From the NCBI GenBank assembly GCA_016283195.1, contig JAEEML010000077.1:1-39240 (forward strand): a DNA stretch of 39,240 nucleotides. Direction: 5' to 3'. Of this stretch, positions 35,400 to 39,240 are shown piece by piece. Source of the stretch: Deltaproteobacteria bacterium. GTDB taxonomy: Bacteria; JAEEML01. Each line of letters begins with the position of its first letter. The first letter of the stretch is position 1. The position numbers and the translations under genes were made by a program. The notes under the pieces are model-generated. The model did no database searches. It was not told the DNA's origin and was given only the letters and a program-made list of their open reading frames with translations.

Positions 35400-36311
35400 T
35401 TAGGCCGGCACTATTTCCAAGGTTATATCTTCGCCAACAGCCTTAGAAAGGCGTTTTTCAATACCGGTACCTGTTAGGCGCACGGCCTGACATTCGGCAC
35501 AAGCGCCAATAAGGCTCACCGACACTTTGGTGCCATCGATATCATTTAGAATAATATCACCGCCATCATGCACAAGCGCGGGGCGAATCTCTTCGTTTAT
35601 CACCTTTTGGATGATATTCATGCGCTCCAAATTGGTGAGTTTTTTCTTTGGAGCAGCCGGTGCCGCCTGAGCAGCTTTAACTTCCGCTTTTTTCGCCGGC
35701 GCAGTCTCGGCCGGGGCTTTTCCCTGCTCTTTATCCATCTCGGCGCGCACACGCTCGATAATCTCTTCAATCTTTCCCAAACAGCTGGTGCAACCACCGC
35801 CGGCTTTGGTGTAATTGGTGACATCTTCCACTGTTTTTAGATTGTTTTCCCTAATAGCCCGCTCGATTTTTTTATCTGTTACGCTAAAGCAATAACAGAC
35901 CATCGTGCCCTCTTCTTCTTCCTCTTTTTTCCAATTTTCGCCGCGATAATCAGCTATAGCGGCCTCCAGTGCCTCGCGTCCCATAACCGAGCAGTGCATT
36001 TTTTGCTGCGGCAAACCGCCAAGATAATCGGCTATTTGCTCATTGGTAATAGAAAGAGCCTCGTCAATAGTCTTGCCTTTTACCATCTCGGTGAGGGCCG
36101 AAGAAGAAGCAATGGCACTACCGCAGCCAAAGGTTTTAAACTTGGCATCCTCAATAATATCATGCTCTTTATCAACTTTTATTGTGAGCGAAAGCGCATC
36201 ACCGCAAACAATAGAGCCCACTTCACCGCGGCCATCCGGGTTTTCTATCTCGCCGACATTGCGCGGGTGTAAAAAGTGATCTTTTACATCATCGGTATAA
36301 TCCCAGCCCAT
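35400..36311 (-). CDS. nifU: Three-domain Fe-S scaffold protein NifU
   Basis: IscU-like domain (CGD, FGCG, KMHCS), central CYC...GGGCTSC, C-terminal Nfu domain GACAEC. Confidence 0.95.
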   Translation of the reverse strand: MGWDYTDDVKDHFLHPRNVGEIENPDGRGEVGSIVCGDALSLTIKVDKEHDIIEDAKFKTFGCGSAIASSSALTEMVKGKTIDEALSITNEQIADYLGGLPQQKMHCSVMGREALEAAIADYRGENWKKEEEEEGTMVCYCFSVTDKKIERAIRENNLKTVEDVTNYTKAGGGCTSCLGKIEEIIERVRAEMDKEQGKAPAETAPAKKAEVKAAQAAPAAPKKKLTNLERMNIIQKVINEEIRPALVHDGGDIILNDIDGTKVSVSLIGACAECQAVRLTGTGIEKRLSKAVGEDITLEIVPA

Positions 36312-36353
36312 AGTATCTATCTCCTTCAGCGGTAGAACCGCCTAATTTATTTA

Positions 36354-36378
36354 AACGGCCATAATTTTTATGGCCGTT
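36354..36378. promoter_or_regulatory. Perfect inverted repeat upstream of nifU (operator or hairpin)
   Basis: AACGGCCATAA-TTT-TTATGGCCGTT, with 11-bp arms. Confidence 0.5.
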
Positions 36379-36396
36379 ATTAAAATAATCACTTTT

Positions 36397-37173
36397 TTAT
36401 GAATTGCCAGAGGAAGTTACGATTTTTTTTGCTTTATCCGGCAAATTGTGACTTTGGCCGAGAATCTTCAAGCTATTAAGGGCATCTTCCCGCAAAATAA
36501 GCGGCAGTTCAGCATATAAATCAGCCAAAAATTCTATAGCCCGCACATCGCCCAAAACACCTAAGGTTCTAATGGCTGTATCGCGCAGCCTATGAGCGGG
36601 GTCTCTGGCAATATCACTAAGTATTTCAAATGCTTTTGGATGGTGACTCTCGCCGATAAAATGGCAGGCGGCGGCTTTTTCTCCATAGCGCAGAGCCCTA
36701 AGGCGACGCTCCAGATAAGCCGCGCCCTCGCCCTCCCCCATAGCGCAAAGAGCGGCGGCGGCTTGCATTTTCTCGGCCCAGGTGGGCAAAAATTTATATA
36801 AAATAGCCGTCAAAAGCGGCACAGCCTCTTTATCTTTTAAAATTCCCAAAGCATGGATGGCATCCAGGCGAAAACGCCGCCGCGCGGTTAATTCGCGCAA
36901 AATGGGCGCCGCCGCCATATCACCAAGAATAGCCAGAGTAATAGCCGCCTCCAGGCGCACTTTGGGCTCAATATCCCTTAATAGCTCGCGGAGCGCCGAT
37001 ATCGTTTCCGCCGGCAGATCCTTATGATCCATATCGCGCAGCATATCGCCGATTACACAGGCGGCATCGGCTCTAAGCCGATAATCGCTCGCTTTCAAAT
37101 AGCCGGTAAGCTCCGGCAGTGGACGGCCGATTAAGTCACCTATATTTTTGGGAATATTTTCAAATTCGCTCAT
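36397..37173 (-). CDS. HEAT/PBS-lyase repeat protein
   Basis: Repeats such as VRLEAAITLAILGD, RLDAIHALGILKD and RDTAIRTLGVLGD. Confidence 0.85.
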   Translation of the reverse strand: MSEFENIPKNIGDLIGRPLPELTGYLKASDYRLRADAACVIGDMLRDMDHKDLPAETISALRELLRDIEPKVRLEAAITLAILGDMAAAPILRELTARRRFRLDAIHALGILKDKEAVPLLTAILYKFLPTWAEKMQAAAALCAMGEGEGAAYLERRLRALRYGEKAAACHFIGESHHPKAFEILSDIARDPAHRLRDTAIRTLGVLGDVRAIEFLADLYAELPLILREDALNSLKILGQSHNLPDKAKKIVTSSGNS

Positions 37174-38410
37174 AGTGTTTCCTATTTTTTAAAGCCACAG
37201 GCAAAGCGGCCAAAAGCGCCGTTAAAAGCGCCGCCGCCCAAAAGGTCAAAAGAGAAATAAAGGGCAAATTAAGGCCGGTAGCCGGCCAAAAGCCTTTACC
37301 CCAAAGAGGCAAAATGAGATTGCCTATTCCGATAAGCAAGCGGGAGATGAATATCCCGATAAAGCCGCCCGCAAGACCGATAAAAAGTGCCTCGCCCAGT
37401 AATATGGCTCTAAGTTGCCGGGGCGTGGCGCCAAGCGCGGCCATTACGCCAAAAGCCTCACGCCGACTCACGGCTATATGGTTTACCGCCTCAAAAATGG
37501 CCAGCAAACTAAGCAGCAACAGGCTGGCGCCAAAAATAGTTAAAATCATTATAATTATATAAAAAAGTTCGGCTGCCCTCTGGCTATCACGGTCAAAAAA
37601 GAGGCCCATTTCTTCAACCTCTTTTTGCAAAGCGCGTTTGGAATAACCGGGAGCCAGTTTTAAATATACGCCGCTGTAAACAATTTTTTCCTGTGGGGCA
37701 TAACTTTTCATCCAACCGTAAGCTACATCAAGCGGCACCGAAAATCCGAGTGTTGTTGCCAGCTTACTGGCTCCGGCAATAGTGCAACGCTCTCTGCCGA
37801 CTTGGCCGCTCCCGCGCAGCATATAAGAGCGCCCTAAGGTAAGTTCAAAAGAAATGCCTTTAAGAGCGGTTATCGAAAGCGGCGGCGCGTTTAAGGCCGG
37901 GGCCACAGTCTGATTATAAAGATTAAGTAAATCCGGGGAGATAACTACCGGCACCAAACCATCTTGCGGCTTTAACTTTTCTCTTTCTTCCGCACTTTCG
38001 GCCAAGAGTTCCGGCGGCAAACCGGAGGCAAAAAGCTCAGTAGAAAGTTCTGAGCCAAATATACCGCCGCCCCCGCTCGCCATCATGGGCACTTTTATAT
38101 CAAGGCGCGGGTAGGCCTTTAAAACGCCCGGCAGGGAGCTCAGCTTTTTTAGCCGCCCCTCGCTGATACCGCCGCGGCTTTTGCCCTGACTAAATACATG
38201 TAACAAAAGAGATTCATTATGTTTTGGTTCCACCAAAACCATATCTTCCGGCAGTTCGGTAAAAAGCCTGGAGCTTATCTCTCTATAGCCGGTAAAAACC
38301 ACGGCTGCCACTAGTGAAAGCAGCGTAGTAGCAAGAGCCAGCGAAAATATGGCTATGGCGGTGGAAAAACGGTTAGCACGCAATTCTTTGGCAATAATGG
38401 GCAGCAGCAT
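37160..38410 (-). CDS. FtsX/MacB/LolE-family ABC transporter permease
   Basis: N-terminal TM, periplasmic domain, RREAFGVMAALGATPRQLRAILLGEA, three C-terminal TMs. Confidence 0.88.
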   Translation of the reverse strand: MLLPIIAKELRANRFSTAIAIFSLALATTLLSLVAAVVFTGYREISSRLFTELPEDMVLVEPKHNESLLLHVFSQGKSRGGISEGRLKKLSSLPGVLKAYPRLDIKVPMMASGGGGIFGSELSTELFASGLPPELLAESAEEREKLKPQDGLVPVVISPDLLNLYNQTVAPALNAPPLSITALKGISFELTLGRSYMLRGSGQVGRERCTIAGASKLATTLGFSVPLDVAYGWMKSYAPQEKIVYSGVYLKLAPGYSKRALQKEVEEMGLFFDRDSQRAAELFYIIIMILTIFGASLLLLSLLAIFEAVNHIAVSRREAFGVMAALGATPRQLRAILLGEALFIGLAGGFIGIFISRLLIGIGNLILPLWGKGFWPATGLNLPFISLLTFWAAALLTALLAALPVALKNRKHYERI

Positions 38411-38412
38411 TT

Positions 38413-39057
38413 CTACTTCCGTGGCAGAGTAAACAAAACAGGGAAAAACGGTTCCAAGCGGCGGTCATGGGTAGCAATAAGCAGCGTTCTATCCGGCGCC
38501 AAGCACTCTTTTAAGGCCTTTATCACCAGTTCCGCCGAGGCATCATCCAAACTCCCTGTCGGCTCATCGGCCAAAATGAGACGTTTTTGGCCATAAAGCG
38601 CCCGGGCAATGGCCACGCGCTGCTTTTCGCCGCCGGAGAGCGTCGCGGCTTTAACCGGCGCTTTTTCAGCAAGGCCAACCTGGGCCAAAAGAGCCTGTGC
38701 CCGCGCCTTATCCGGCTTTTGGGCGCTGAAAAAAGCCGGCAGGATGATATTATCCAATACGGAATAATCGGGAATAAGATTATAATTCTGGTAAATTACC
38801 GCCAGCGTTTTCTGCCTGTAGCGGGCCCGTTCCGGCGCTGAAGCCAAGGCAATATCCATGCCGGCAACCGTAACTGCCCCGCTATCCGCTGCCAGCTCGC
38901 CGCTTAAAAGATAAAAAAGCGAACTTTTACCGCTCCCAGAAGGGCCAACAATAAGGCCGCTCTCACCAAAATTCAGCTGCCAGGAGGCTTCCCGAAAAAC
39001 GGTATTATTACCCCTTTTCAGAGTTACCTTTGCTAATTTTATGGCCTCATTTGGCAT
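38413..39057 (-). CDS. ABC transporter ATP-binding protein (LolD/MacB-like)
   Basis: GPSGSGKS, LSGGEKQRVAIARAL, LILADEPTGSLD, ATHD. Confidence 0.93.
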   Translation of the reverse strand: MPNEAIKLAKVTLKRGNNTVFREASWQLNFGESGLIVGPSGSGKSSLFYLLSGELAADSGAVTVAGMDIALASAPERARYRQKTLAVIYQNYNLIPDYSVLDNIILPAFFSAQKPDKARAQALLAQVGLAEKAPVKAATLSGGEKQRVAIARALYGQKRLILADEPTGSLDDASAELVIKALKECLAPDRTLLIATHDRRLEPFFPVLFTLPRK

Positions 39058-39240
39058 TTTTTTGTTTAAAGCTCAGGTGAAAATCCAAGCTATCAGGATA
39101 AGAAGAGACAGTGGCAGAGGCAGATAAGTCATCTAAATCACTAAGCAATTCGGCTATTTTAGCTGGCAGTGACTTATTGCCGCTCGCCGGTTTTAAAAGC
39201 TCTTTTAAGGCCTTTATCACCAGTTCCGCCGAGGCATCAT
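39047..39240 (-). CDS. 3' end of an upstream ORF (partial, possibly chimeric)
   Basis: Frame is open from the window edge: ...DASAELVIKALKELLKPASGNKSLPAKIAELLSDLDDLSASATVSSYPDSLDFHLSFKQKNAK*; its stop overlaps the start region of the ATPase gene. Confidence 0.55.
   Translation of the reverse strand, partial: DASAELVIKALKELLKPASGNKSLPAKIAELLSDLDDLSASATVSSYPDSLDFHLSFKQKNAK
39200..39240 (+). repeat. Exact 41-bp direct copy of 38506-38546
   Basis: CTCTTTTAAGGCCTTTATCACCAGTTCCGCCGAGGCATCAT occurs at both sites; the second copy runs into the window end. Confidence 0.95.

Noticed and set aside
34206-36311. Nitrogen fixation cluster
   Set aside because: Only nifU/nifS are present; no nifHDK in the window.

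Overview
Chromosomal window from a Gram-negative bacterium of roughly 45-50% GC (visual estimate). It is probably an anaerobic deltaproteobacterial/Myxococcota-like lineage; this is inferred from a TIGR04551-like beta-barrel, Cys-rich lipoproteins, a stand-alone PilZ protein, PPi-type PFK and the NifU/NifS Fe-S system. Housekeeping genes are murI, secA, pfp, folK, rpe, mutS, infC-rpmI-rplT, a tRNA m6A-type methyltransferase and nifU-nifS. Envelope loci are a TldD with a Tat/lipoprotein signal plus TldE, and a co-directional run of MMPL/RND transporter, LolA-like protein, Cys-rich lipoprotein, acyl-CoA ligase, then ExbB/TolQ-like + two ExbD-like + G/S-linker helical protein. A ~3 kb accessory patch (about 27000-29990) holds a 34-bp tandem repeat ahead of an AAA/DUF4143 ATPase, a PIN toxin-antitoxin pair, and a frameshifted Fibrobacter major-paralogous-domain (FISUMP) gene whose intact 3' end has the codon signature of a diversity-generating retroelement (DGR) variable repeat. 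No reverse transcriptase or template repeat was seen in the window. There are three copies of a REP-like hairpin repeat, and the last 41 bp exactly duplicate part of a nearby gene (possible assembly artefact). No rRNA, tRNA, CRISPR array or transposase was recognised. All family calls come from motif recognition by eye, not database searches.
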